The position numbers were made by a program, and so were the translations under genes. 64,000 bases of DNA from Salpingoeca rosetta. Taxonomy: Eukaryota; Protista; Choanoflagellata. The DNA lies in contig JAWQFM010000012.1 in assembly GCA_033442325.1 (NCBI GenBank), positions 822,287-886,286 on the forward strand. The letters run 5' to 3'. The notes beneath the pieces are model-generated. The model was not told the DNA's origin. It made no database searches and saw only the letters and a program-made list of their open reading frames with translations. Shown piece after piece: positions 15,601 to 26,831 of this stretch; position 1 is the stretch's first letter, and each line of letters starts with the position of its first letter.

Positions 15601-17399
15601 GAACACTGGACCAGGAGGATGAGCCGGGGACTGCACCGACGAAGAACGGCAGCACATGCACCCACCCGTGCTCGCTTGCGTGCATGTCGCAGAACTTGGC
15701 AAGGAAGGCTGACTTGCCGAGTCCGGCCTTGCTGTGCACCAGGCATGCATGGTCGTGCAGTGCGGACCGCACGTGCGTGTCCGCAACAAAGGCCTGCACC
15801 TGCTGCAACTCTTGGTCGTGGCCCACAAACGTCTCCGCAAGCGCCTGCGCCCGAAGCTGATGCTCATCCAACGGCAGATCGCTCGACGATGAGGTGGAGG
15901 AGCAGGAGGCATCGTGGCTGGTCTCGTCAGTGTCGGTGTTGGTACCATCAGTGTCTTCCTCGTCGCTGTCATTGGATTCGTTGCGTGGTGCAGACACGTC
16001 TTCCACTTCTTCATCATCCTGCGTAAGGTGAAGGCGAAGGGATTGGGATTAGGGTCACAGTGAGCCGCTGCAAGATGGTGGTGGTGGTGGTGGTGATGGT
16101 GGTGGTGTCGTCTATACCACAACACAGACAAACACACAGACAGACAGACAAACACACACACACACACACACAGACAGACACACACACAGACGAGCAAAAA
16201 GCAAGCGCGGGCACCTCAGGGTTGATCATGTAGTTTGACTTGAGGAGGGTCCAAAGATGGTCAAAGACCCACTGGCCAAACGAGTGGAGGTTGGCTGCAG
16301 CCGGCAGGATGGTCGATGCATCACTCACGCCCTCCTTCCACCCTGCCCGGTAGTTATCGAGAAGAGGAAGGCCACTCCTGCGCACGCGCTCCTTCAACTG
16401 CTCAAGCTTGCGCCGCTGTTCCTCGTCGTGGTCCACAAACTTGGACCGGTACATATCAGGTACCTGTTGAGGTGGTGGCGGTGATGATGATTTGGGGCCG
16501 GAAAGAGGAGTGTGTGTGTGTGAGCGAATGCGTGCATGTGTGTGTGTGTGTGTGTTTGTGTGTGATGGGTATGGGTCACATGTGAGGGGTTGGATGTGTG
16601 TGTGTATGTTGTGGGGTGGCGTTTAATCATATGGGGGTTGTGTGTCAACAATTGCAAAATGTTGTCCTCAAAACCTCACACACACGCACAATACACATGC
16701 GCACATACACATGCACACACAATACACACACAATACACACACACACACAATACACATGTGCTCACCTCATCGGGAAAGGCGCTGCTGCGAATGCAGAAGA
16801 ACGAGCGGTTCTTTGAGGCGTGCGGGTGCGCCAGGCCGCCAACGTGGCACTCCAGTTCCGTGATGGAGCGCTGTGGCGGGTACGACTTGAGCCACCCAAA
16901 GCGGCCGTCGCTGTCGTCCACAGGATACGACTCTGGCGCCCACCCATACCGGTTGCCTGCAAGCACGCCATGGCGTCAGCAACATACAACACAAGGGTAA
17001 GCGTGTGACGTGAGCAAGGGAGCGAGTTTGCGCGGGGTTTCAAGCAGCAATTACAGCCACCACACGTCAACACAGCAAGCAATCCACTCGCGTACGCACC
17101 AAGAAAGGCGAGGAAGATGTGGCTGCTCTCGACTTCGCGAAGACAGGTGGTGAGCGCGGTCTGGTCGCGCACCTCGTGCTCCGTAATGCCCCACCGCAGG
17201 TCCACCTGCCGTTCGTCGCGGTGGTCAAGAGGGTCAAGAGGGTCAGGGACGTGGGGAATGTGTGAAAACACGTGGGGAATGCGAGGAGAAGGTGTGCACA
17301 GGCTGAAAACAATCACAGGAACGGATCATGCACACGCGCTGACATGTTGACAAACATTCATTCATTCACACACACAAACACACACAAACACACACACGC

Positions 17400-17457
<58 letters not shown>

Positions 17458-20400
17458 CACACACACACACACAAACAAACATCTCAACGCACCTCGAAAA
17501 GTTTGATGCGGAGGGCATCTGCGCGAACCCGCAGCTCTGGCATGATGTTCCGCGTGAAGTAGTTGCGCTCGCCGTGCATGTCCGTGAACGTCGACGACAC
17601 AAAGATGCGCACAACCCTCCACGTGCCTGTGCTTGGTGGGCGTGGCACGGGCAGCAGGCCCAAGGGCTCTGCGCCAACGGTGTCATCATACAGCCCAGCC
17701 TCGCTCGCGCCATCATTGTGGCTGCTGCTGCTGCCGTTGTTCAGCGCGTTGCGTGCAAGTGACCTCTTGTGACCGCGTGATGCAAGCGCAGACGACTTGT
17801 GTTTGCCCTTGTTTCCTGCCAGCAGGCGCCGTGCCTTGCGGGTGAGCCCACTCCCTTTTGGTTTGGCCTTTTCCCGCAGCCGCCGATGAGAGTCGATGCT
17901 CTCCACAAACGCCAACACGCCCCTGTGGTTGTGTGTGCGTGTGGTGAGTGTGCGTAGGTGTGGTTGTGTGTGCGTGTGGTGAGTACGTGCGTGTGTGTGT
18001 GCGCGTGCGTGAGTGAATTTGTGTGTTGTTGTGTTTGTTTGTTTGTGGAAGTGATGTGAGCCGTGGCGCGTGCATGAAAAGGACGACATGACAGATAAAG
18101 GACGTGTTTGCGCGTCTCCCCCCCCCACACCTTGCTTCGCTGCGCTGGGCGACGTAGTTGAGGATGGCGTCGGAGTAGCCGGCCAGGAACACATCCAGCT
18201 GATCATTGCGCTCTGGAAGAACACACATACAAACACATGAAATTCAACGCAGTGAACTCCACCGCAACCCAAGCTTCCCCGAGCACACGTTCTCCAGCAC
18301 GCACACACACACATAATCACCCACACCCACCCACCCACACACCCACCCACACCCACCCACCCACACACCCACCCACACCCACACCCACACCCACCCACCC
18401 ACACACACCCACACCCACACCCACACCCACACACCCACACACCCACACCCACACCCACACCCACACACAATCACGCACGATTACGCACCGATATCTGAGA
18501 GCGGGCCAGCGTCGTCGGCGGCGGTGACACATCCAGCAGACCGCTGGGCAAGATCAACCATGACACACAGCAGCTCCGGATTGAGAAGGCGGCGGTGGCG
18601 CAGCAGAGGGTCGGCAATCTCACGCGTCATCGTGCAGTGCACTCCAAAGAAGAGGATGTTGTCCAGGCGCTGCCCGTGTGCTGTCAGGTGTGCGAGCAGG
18701 GCATATGGGAACCCAACACACGTCTTTTTCTCCGCCATTGCTGCCGACCACGCACACGCCACCCTGTGCAGCTCAGAGCGCTCGTTTGCAGCCTGCGTCT
18801 TGTTGCCGTAGCTGCGGTACAGCTGTTGCACGCCTGCCGGTGTTGGCGTGCGTGTGTCACCAAATGTGCGGAGTTGCTCGCTCACCGCCACCAGCTGCTT
18901 CGTCAGCGTGAGGATGCCGAAATCGCGACCGCTCACCGTCACCACATAGGGCACGCACTCGTCGCTGTGCAGCACAAGCGTGCACTCCTCCGACGCCTTC
19001 TTGCACATGAGTGCCAGCAGCAGCGCCACCTCAAGTACCATGCGTGGCTTGCCCAGCCCCCGCGCAGACGTGCACGGCAGTGCTGCTGCCTCCGCCGACA
19101 CATCCACAAACACGAGCGTGGTGCCGCGAATCGGGCTCACGTTGTACTGCGTGGCAAGCTTCACGCTCACGTTCAACGCGTCGTGGTACTGCTGTGTGAG
19201 CGCACGCAGTTCAGGCGTCACCGGTGGTGCTGGTTTCACCGCCTTCTGTCCACCACCACGGCCACCACGGCCACCACGGCCACCACGACCACCGCGACCG
19301 TGGCCGCTTGCAGCTGTCTCCGGGTGCACGAGCTCATGCAGAACCTCAAAGGCAGAGAAGAAGCGAAAGGGAAACTGACGGCTGGAGGCGATGGCGCCAG
19401 GGTCTGTTAGCTTGCCCAGCACGCGCTTGTGGTGGCGCTCGCTGACGCCCGCAAGGATGAGGTTGCGTAAGTTGCGCAGCATGGCCATGAAGGGCAGCTT
19501 GTTCGAGTCAAGCAGGTCCTCCCACACCTCGGCCGTGTTCCCGCGCAGAGACACCTGCGTCTCCCACGTCTTGGGCACCTGCAGCCGCATGCGCTTGCCG
19601 GCCAGGCTCTCGTCCCACTTGCCAGGCAGACGCGAACGCACAAACTCCTCCTGCGAGCTCGGGTACTTGCGGCCGAGAATGCACATGATGGGGTACGCGG
19701 GCTCCACAATGTGGATCTTGCGGATGAGCTGCTTCATGGTGAAGGACATGGCCTCCAGCTCCTCCTCATCATCAGAGCGGTTCGAGTACTGGCGCACAAC
19801 CGCTTCTTCGCCTTCACGCTCATCATCACCATCACCATCACCATCATCATCATGATCATCATGATCATCATCATCGCTCATCCTGCCGCTGTCTGCTGTG
19901 TTTGCACTACGGACTCGGCGGGGCCTCCGTCGAGCAACACGGCTGCGGTTGCCGCTGGCGCTGTTGTCGGTGCTGGCGCCTTTCTTCTTGTTGCTGTTTT
20001 TCTTCTTGGACTTGTTGTACTTGGCCAGCTGGTACTCGTCAAAGTCGCTGAACTTGGCGGCCATCGCCTTGCGCAGCGCCGAGGGCAGCGCGCCAAAGCC
20101 AAGGTGCCGGTTGTGCGCGTGCAGGGACGTTGACAGCTCGGCCACCTCGATCCAGTCGCTGGGCAGGCGCACGGCGTCGGAGAAGTACAGCCAGAGGTAG
20201 CGGCGGGAGGCCGGGAAGTTGGCTGCGGCAGCAAGCAAGAAGTTGCTGGTGGTGCGGATGTTGAGGTGCTGGCGCGAGTACAGGGCGAGCTTGAGCACAA
20301 ACTCCGGGTCCACGCCCAGCACGGTCGTGGTGAGGCTCAGCAGGTGCTGGCGTGTTGGGTCGGTGGCTTCCTTGAAGTTGGGCCCGCCAATCAGCGACGC

Positions 20401-21141
20401 CGCCACGGTATTGACAAACTCCAGCTTGAGGTTGTTGATGGCGCGGCGCCGCAGGCGGTGCAGGGAGGGTGCCTGCTGCACCAGCCGGCTTGCGGCGTGC
20501 GCCTGTGCCACCTTCCACGCCTCAAACTCGGCATCCTCCAGTGACAGGTGCGCCGTTTCCAGCGCCTGCTCATTGGACGCCAGGGCCAGTGCCGTGGATG
20601 ATGCTGGCGCGTTGTCGCTCCCACGCGTGCTGAGCGCGAAGGCTGAGGTGGAGGTGGACGACGTGGTGCCCATGCGACCGCTGCGCATCATCAGCTTCGA
20701 GGATGTGGCTGTGGAAGCCGACGAAGGTGTGCCAGATTGCAGACGAAGTGTCGATGCTGTTGTTTTTGATGTTCTTGCTGCTGTGGTGATGGTGGCGGCG
20801 GCGGTGTTGTTGTTGTTGTAGCGCGATGCGTGCAACACATGGCCTGTTGGCGTTGTGGTTGTTGTTGGTGTTGATCGCAGGGTGTTTGTTGTTGGTGATG
20901 GGGTGATGTGGCTTGTCGTGTGCTGTGGAGAGCTTGTTGTTGTCATGGGACGCAGCAGCGTGGAAACCGTGGCGTTCCCTGTCGCTCTTGCTGCTGTTGA
21001 TGTGGAAGAAGCAGATGTCAAGGTGGGCGATGCCAAGGACGACAGCCCAGAGATCGTTGTCGTCGTGGGCTGCAGCAGGCTGTTCTGTGACGCCTTTGAT
21101 GGTGTTGCCCACCGATTGGATGTCGTTGACGGCGACGACAT
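9614..21141 (-). CDS. TEP1: Telomerase protein component 1 / vault-associated TEP1 (TROVE-vWA-like, DUF4062, NACHT-type NTPase, WD40 repeats), ~3400 aa
   Basis: Approximate exons 21141-18489, 18211-18132, 17922-17492, 17205-17100, 16956-16766, 16462-16215, 16018-9614. TROVE motifs DPEFVLKLALYSRQHLNIR, FDEYQLAKYNK, PKTWETQVS, LPFMAMLRNLRN, SRQFPFRFFSA. DUF4062 RIFVSSTFTDMHGER..VDLRWGITE..FLGNRYGW. P-loop AGLGKS and Walker B IALDG, then many GH..WD repeats. Confidence 0.93.
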
Positions 21142-21604
21142 GGCTGCTGTGCGATGAGCAAGAGAGAGAGAGAGAGGGAGGGAGAGAGGGAGAAGGTGGG
21201 GGGGTTCGCGCGCTCGCTTGTTTGTTCGCTCGATCGATCGCAGTGTCAGTTCACACAACTCGATCGAAGCAGCAGGGTGTGGGGGTGGTGTGTGTGTGTA
21301 AATGCGGCAGTGTGCTGGTGGTTGTTTGCGTCGAAGGCGAGGAGGCGTTGTTGGTGCGCGTCAGCAGTTTTTATTCATGAGTCAGCAGAAAAAAAAAGGG
21401 GATAACAGGATACAAGAACAGCGCAAACAAACACACACACACACACACACACACGTAGACACAGACACACATAGACACACAGACGTAGACACACACACAC
21501 ACACACACACACACGCAGATGCACACACAGACGTAGACACACACACACACACAGACGTAGACACACACACACACACACGCACGCAGATGCACACGCACAA
21601 CAAG

Positions 21605-23911
21605 CTATGGTTGGTGAAGAGACCAGGCGGCCGAACCCTCTGTGTGAAAAGGCGTGATGGTGGCACGACCATGCTTCTCCAACATGGCACACAACTGCCC
21701 ATCAAAGTCATAGTATGACAACAGCACAGCCTCCTCTCTTCGCGTCACAGCGTCATCATCGTCATCATCATCGTCATCATTGTCGTCTTCGTTGTCGTCA
21801 TGCTCATCATCACGAGCAGCAATGTCCGTTGGATGGGTTGACCACGTGCGGTTGGTGCCACTGGCACGCTTGCAATCCCGGCCAACCCGCACAGTGACAG
21901 CCTGCTTTCCGGATTCAATCGCCAACAGCTGCTGCACCACCTTCAAACACGATCGCATGCGTGGCGGCACCACCACCACCGCCACCGCGGGGTGCCTTGT
22001 CTCAGGGCCAGCCTCGGCCAACGTGTCACTGCTCCCTTTGTCGTCCTCACGCCACATGTCATCACGATCAGCAACATTGCCGCTGTCGCTGTTGTCATCT
22101 TCAGCAGCCGTGTCATCATTGTTGTTCACATCACCATCATCACCATCATCACCATCGCCACCATCATCACCGTCTTCCCCATTCGCCGACACACTCTTGC
22201 TGCTGGAGGTGGAGTGTTTGAGGCGAGAGCGTGTTGGGGAAGACCCAGAGAGCGACGAGGCAGAGGATGTGGAACCAACACCACTGCGCTGCTGCTGCCG
22301 CTGTTTCCGCCGCTGCCGCTGTCTTGTTGGCGTACCCGGCGTCCGTGGGGTGGACGGCATGGAGAATTCAGACAGCATGGATGATGACAGCATGTCTGGT
22401 TCAGCCAGCAGCAGGGCTTGCTTTGTCTGCCCGCCCACCGCCGCCGTTGTCACCTCCGCTGCGTCCAGCAGCGCGGATGCCTTGCAGTCTTCGCTCCCGC
22501 CACACACGGCATGGTCGCTCACGGCAGCAGTAGTCTTCGCACTGTTGGTCTTGGTCGAGGAGGAGCGGGACAGCGCAGCAGCAAGCGCAGACTCCGACAC
22601 GCGCCGTGCTGATGACGAGGCCGACGAGGCTGATGGCGCCGTTGTTGCTGATGGGTTGCCCGCACGAGGATGCAGCAGCGCGGCCGTGCGCAGCAGCGTG
22701 TCAACTGAAATGCGCAACACCTCCGACTGTGACGCCGGATGCAGCAACACGCCTGCATCATCACCCTTGCTGCTGCCGCTGCCGGTGCCGGGGATACCGC
22801 TTGGTGCATTGGTTGCTGCTGTTGTCGTTGATGTTGTTGTGGTGCCTGCTGTGCTTGTTGCGGTTGTTTTTGTTGCTGTTGTGGTGTTTGTTGTGGTTGT
22901 TCTTGTAGTGTTTGGTGTAGCTGTTGTTGTTGTTGTTGTTGTTGTTGTGGCTGTCGCCTGCTTCTCGTGCGAGACGGCAGATACAAACGGCTGCCAGAAG
23001 GCGGCGCTGAGCGCTTTGTTGCACGCAAAACGCCCTTCCGCTTGCCACACACCAGAGGCATGGAGAAACGCTGCATCCTGCGCATGCCCAACAGCCTGCA
23101 GTGCACCCCCTTCTTTGGCTGCTGTTGCAGCTGTTGTTGCTGTTGTTGTTGCCGTGGATGTTGCAGTTGTTGTTGGTGCTACCACTTCGCCTCGCAGCTT
23201 GCGCCGTGCTGCAGCTTTGCTCTCACGCACCCCTTGCTCATCAAGAGTGTCATCGACGTTGCCGTCGTTGTCGTTGGTCGTAGTGATTGTGGCGGCACGC
23301 TCGGTGTGCTTTGCAGTGCCAGTGCCAGTGCCATTGTCACTGTCCGCAGCGGGCGTTTCGGTGTCTGTGTCGGAGCGCTCAAACGTGATTGGGCGGTAAC
23401 CGTTGTGGATGGAGCAGGCGTAGGCAACGGCAAGCTTCACAAGCGTGCTCTCGCTGGCCAGGTCCAAGTTGAGGGTGGCTGCGTGTTCAAAGTTGACCAG
23501 GCGCAGGTACGGCAGCTTCTCTGCTGCCAGGACGGGCTCGTATGCGGCCTCGTAGTTGCGGATGCGCCGCCACATGTCCTGCTCGGCGACGGCGCGGTCC
23601 ATGCCGACCCAGTCCGGCGACATGTCCATCTTCTCCGACACGTTCTGCTGCACCATCTCCGGGCGCTCAAAGACAGACTCGATGAAGAGGCAGCGCACGC
23701 CGCGGTGCTGCTGCAACTGCAGGAGCTCCAGCACCCACGCGCGCCGCTTGCGCGTGGTGTTGGTGGCGTCAAACACGGCCACGGACCCGTTCTCATCGTG
23801 CAGGAACTCCAATGCAGCGCACAGCGTGTCCATGGCCAGCTTCTCGCGACGGCTCAGTCCATCTGAGTTGCCTTTGCTGAACCACTCTGCATTTTGCTTT
23901 CCCTCCACCTC
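21605..23911 (-). CDS. 6-phosphofructo-2-kinase (PFK-2) domain protein, last exon; N-terminal exon(s) not seen (gap)
   Basis: AVFDATNTTRKRR, LFIESV, N+..K...SPD..G, D...RI.NYE..YEP are PFK-2 kinase-domain motifs. Acceptor at 23912-23913. The Walker A (GLPARGK) exon is not visible. Confidence 0.8.
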   Translation of the reverse strand, partial: EVEGKQNAEWFSKGNSDGLSRREKLAMDTLCAALEFLHDENGSVAVFDATNTTRKRRAWVLELLQLQQHRGVRCLFIESVFERPEMVQQNVSEKMDMSPDWVGMDRAVAEQDMWRRIRNYEAAYEPVLAAEKLPYLRLVNFEHAATLNLDLASESTLVKLAVAYACSIHNGYRPITFERSDTDTETPAADSDNGTGTGTAKHTERAATITTTNDNDGNVDDTLDEQGVRESKAAARRKLRGEVVAPTTTATSTATTTATTAATAAKEGGALQAVGHAQDAAFLHASGVWQAEGRFACNKALSAAFWQPFVSAVSHEKQATATTTTTTTTTATPNTTRTTTTNTTTATKTTATSTAGTTTTSTTTAATNAPSGIPGTGSGSSKGDDAGVLLHPASQSEVLRISVDTLLRTAALLHPRAGNPSATTAPSASSASSSARRVSESALAAALSRSSSTKTNSAKTTAAVSDHAVCGGSEDCKASALLDAAEVTTAAVGGQTKQALLLAEPDMLSSSMLSEFSMPSTPRTPGTPTRQRQRRKQRQQQRSGVGSTSSASSLSGSSPTRSRLKHSTSSSKSVSANGEDGDDGGDGDDGDDGDVNNNDDTAAEDDNSDSGNVADRDDMWREDDKGSSDTLAEAGPETRHPAVAVVVVPPRMRSCLKVVQQLLAIESGKQAVTVRVGRDCKRASGTNRTWSTHPTDIAARDDEHDDNEDDNDDDDDDDDDAVTRREEAVLLSYYDFDGQLCAMLEKHGRATITPFHTEGSAAWSLHQP

Positions 23912-24178
23912 CTGTTTGGGACGGTGTGTGTGTGTGTGTGCGTGTGTGTGTGTGTGTGTGCGTGTGCGTGTGTGTGTGCGTGTGTGCACGGCGTTGTTCG
24001 GTGGATTGTATGTGCCACACTGAGAAGCACGCTCTTGCACGCATCAAAACCGCGATCAACGACAGCGATGACACACACACACACACACACACACAACACA
24101 ACACAACACACTACGACACACACACACACACACACACACACACAACACACACACACACACGCACACACACACACACAC

Positions 24179-24471
24179 NNNNNNNNNNNNNNNNNNNNNN
24201 NNNNNNNNNNNNNNNNNNNNNNNNNNNNNNNNNNNNNNNNNNNNNNNNNNNNNNNNNNNNNNNNNNNNNNNNNNNNNNNNNNNNNNNNNNNNNNNNNNNN
24301 NNNNNNNNNNNNNNNNNNNNNNNNNNNNNNNNNNNNNNNNNNNNNNNNNNNNNNNNNNNNNNNNNNNNNNNNNNNNNNNNNNNNNNNNNNNNNNNNNNNN
24401 NNNNNNNNNNNNNNNNNNNNNNNNNNNNNNNNNNNNNNNNNNNNNNNNNNNNNNNNNNNNNNNNNNNNNNN
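24179..24471. other. Assembly gap (293 N)
   Basis: Run of n. Confidence 1.
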
Positions 24472-24599
24472 CCGGGCCCGGCGGCTTCCGCGGTCGGAGC
24501 GTCCGTTGTGCCGTGGTTGTGTTGTTGTTGTTGCTGCTGCTGCTGTGGTGCGGAGGATGTCTGCCTTTGTCTTTGTCGCCTCTTTCTCCGTCCGTCTCC

Positions 24600-25823
24600 G
24601 CGGCGGGGCGGTCGGGTTGCGTTGCGCCCGCTGACCTCTGGCGGCCGTGGCCCAGGTGTTGGTGTTGCGTTCGGTGGGAAAGATGGAGTGCGTCTGGACT
24701 CCGCGCCGGCCCCGCCGTCCTTGCCGTAGCGACACGTCATGGTGGCTTCGTGGCTGCGCTTCTGGAAGGCGTTGGAGGGCGTAGCTGGGTGTTGCGTGGT
24801 TGTGTACGTGTACTGGAAGGTCGGCGTTGTAGACGACGCGTTTGATGAAGCGAACAAAGAACTCGCCCAGGCGGCCCGTGGCGTTGTTGTCCGCCGTCCA
24901 CATAGCCTCCCTTCTCGCATACGGCCGAGAGGCCGCTGCTGCAGAGGAATGCGGCGATGTCGCCGTTAAGACGATCGTGTCGCCTTTTGCGGATAGATTG
25001 GCAGCTTTCCTGGTGGAACGCGCTCTCCGTTGGCTTGTGACATGCCCTGCACGAGGCGCGAGGGTGGTACCCGGCCGCTGGAACTCGGATACGCGCACTG
25101 AGGGAAGTCCGGAATTGTGCATCGTTGAGGGTGAGTTCTGGGCAGCTGGGCATCACGGTGAGCCAGTGGAAGGAGCCGGGGCCGCCCGCGCTGAGCTGGA
25201 AGGCGCGGACGGTGCGCTTGTGGCTGTAGGGGGTGCGTTCATCCAGGATCTTGGTCAGGGTGCGCTGGAGCTTTCTCCTGGCTTTGAGGACCTCGTCAAT
25301 CGTGGTGACGCCGCCCTGCTTTTTGTCGCGTGTCGTGCACGCGAGCCGCGTCAGTGCCTTCGACATCTCGGTCCTGAGCGCGTTGCTGGGGAGGCCGCGC
25401 TCAAAGGGGTGTCGCGTGCTGTTGAAGAAGTCGCGTATGGCGCCGAGAAAGGCGGCGGGGGCAGCCGACTCCTGGGATCGGAGGGAGGGCCCGCCACGTT
25501 GATAGGGCCGCAGGCAGCGTTGAAGCGACTCATCCTTAAGCGGGTTCGTGTGCCCCAACATCCTGGCCAGGGACAGGGCGATGAGCTCGTCGAGCTTGCG
25601 GCACGCCTGCATGCAGTGCGCGGTGGTGCGCATCGTGTAGTTCTCCTTGGCCACTACACAGTACCTCAAGAGGACGAGGATGCACTGCAGGGGTAGGTGG
25701 CGGAAGGCCTTGTTAGTGGTGGCTGCAGCGCGGTCGACCCTGTCAACGGGGGCGGCGCTGAAGAGGGAGGAGGGGGGGCTCCCGAGGACGGAGGCGGGCG
25801 TCGTCACGCAGAACGGCGTGTAC

Positions 25824-25827
<4 letters not shown>
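24600..25827 (-). mobile_element. Decayed, 5'-truncated non-LTR retrotransposon of RLE type (CRE-clade-like)
   Basis: Intronless ORF with RT thumb-like RPYQRGGPSLRS..APAAFL, WLTVMP...L....F...L..R, CCHC knuckle CRAC-x8-H-x3-C and RHD. After a frame break comes TGRLG..F..F, the C-terminal end of the RLE region. The RT palm is absent and the 5' end abuts a (CA)n tract. Confidence 0.75.
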
Positions 25828-25863
<36 letters not shown>

Positions 25864-25869
25864 CACACA

Positions 25870-26418
25870 TGTAACGAAACCCGAACATATAAAATCCGAG
25901 CGGAAGGGTAAGAGCGAGTTTGGGGGGGGGCGCGGGGGTAGGGGGGTGGGTGCGAGGTTAGGAAAAAAAAAGAGCAGAGGGAGTGCAGTAGTTAGGGTAT
26001 AGGCATGAAGTGACGCAGGAGACGTCGGCATCGAAGACAGGCCAGACACAAAGCACAAGATAGGTGAGGGAGATGACGCAAGTGAGAAGAAAGAGAGAGA
26101 CAAGACATGGCGACCAGAGTTACCAGTCGGGGGACATCAAGACCATGGGTGTCGACCGCTACACGTCGAGCAATAGCAGAGAAGAAGAATAAACGATATC
26201 AGCACAAAGACAGAGCACGCTGATTCAGAGCACGAGTGAGACAGTGACGGATGTGGATGATTGCTAGGGTGAGGAACCTCATAGCTAACGAACGAGCTAA
26301 GTACATTAAGCTAAGCAAACGGCTAAAAAGGCTATGTTAAAGCTGTATAGCCCAGATTAAAATGACCGCAAAAACCCGTAAGGTCTGACGATACGAAAAG
26401 TATATAGACACGATCACA
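25870..26418. mobile_element. Possible LTR / solo LTR or other TE terminus
   Basis: ~550 bp non-coding segment, free of microsatellites and partly AT-richer, bounded by TGTAACG...GATCACA (TG...CA). It contains TATA-like and AATAAA motifs and a PBS-like TGGCGACCAG at 26108. No TSD can be confirmed because the gap is adjacent. Confidence 0.3.
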
Positions 26419-26421
26419 GCA

Positions 26422-26521
26422 NNNNNNNNNNNNNNNNNNNNNNNNNNNNNNNNNNNNNNNNNNNNNNNNNNNNNNNNNNNNNNNNNNNNNNNNNNNNNNN
26501 NNNNNNNNNNNNNNNNNNNNN
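26422..26521. other. Assembly gap (100 N, size probably unknown)
   Basis: Run of n. Confidence 1.
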
Positions 26522-26605
26522 ACTGGTGATGCATGCCTGGCTCAGCAGCTGTCGGGAGTTGTCACACACATACACACACACACACACACAAGGAAGAAGC
26601 AAGAC

Positions 26606-26743
26606 CAGCGCTCGCATGAGGTGGGAGCAAGAGCAGCGCTCGCATGAGGTGGAAGCAGCAGCAGCGCTCGCATGAGGTGGGAGCAAGAGCAGCGCTCGCA
26701 TGAGGTGGAAGCAAGAGCAGCGCTCGCATGAGGTGGGAGCAAG
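26606..26743. repeat. 28-bp minisatellite, ~5 copies
   Basis: Unit CAGCGCTCGCATGAGGTGGRAGCAAGAG repeated in tandem with no spacers. Confidence 0.9.
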
Positions 26744-26831
26744 CACCTTCAACACAAAGGAAGAAAACGTAGTGAGTGAAGACAGTGCAGCGACGCAGTA
26801 CACGTGCAGCAGTGGAATCGGCCTCACGTAC

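Noticed and set aside
24472-26421. Telomeric repeat target for the CRE-like element
   Set aside because: No (TTAGGG)n array is visible at the 5' flank, and the 3' flank runs into a gap.
26606-26743. 28-bp repeats as a CRISPR array
   Set aside because: Units are directly adjacent with no unique spacers, there are no cas genes and the context is eukaryotic; it is a minisatellite.
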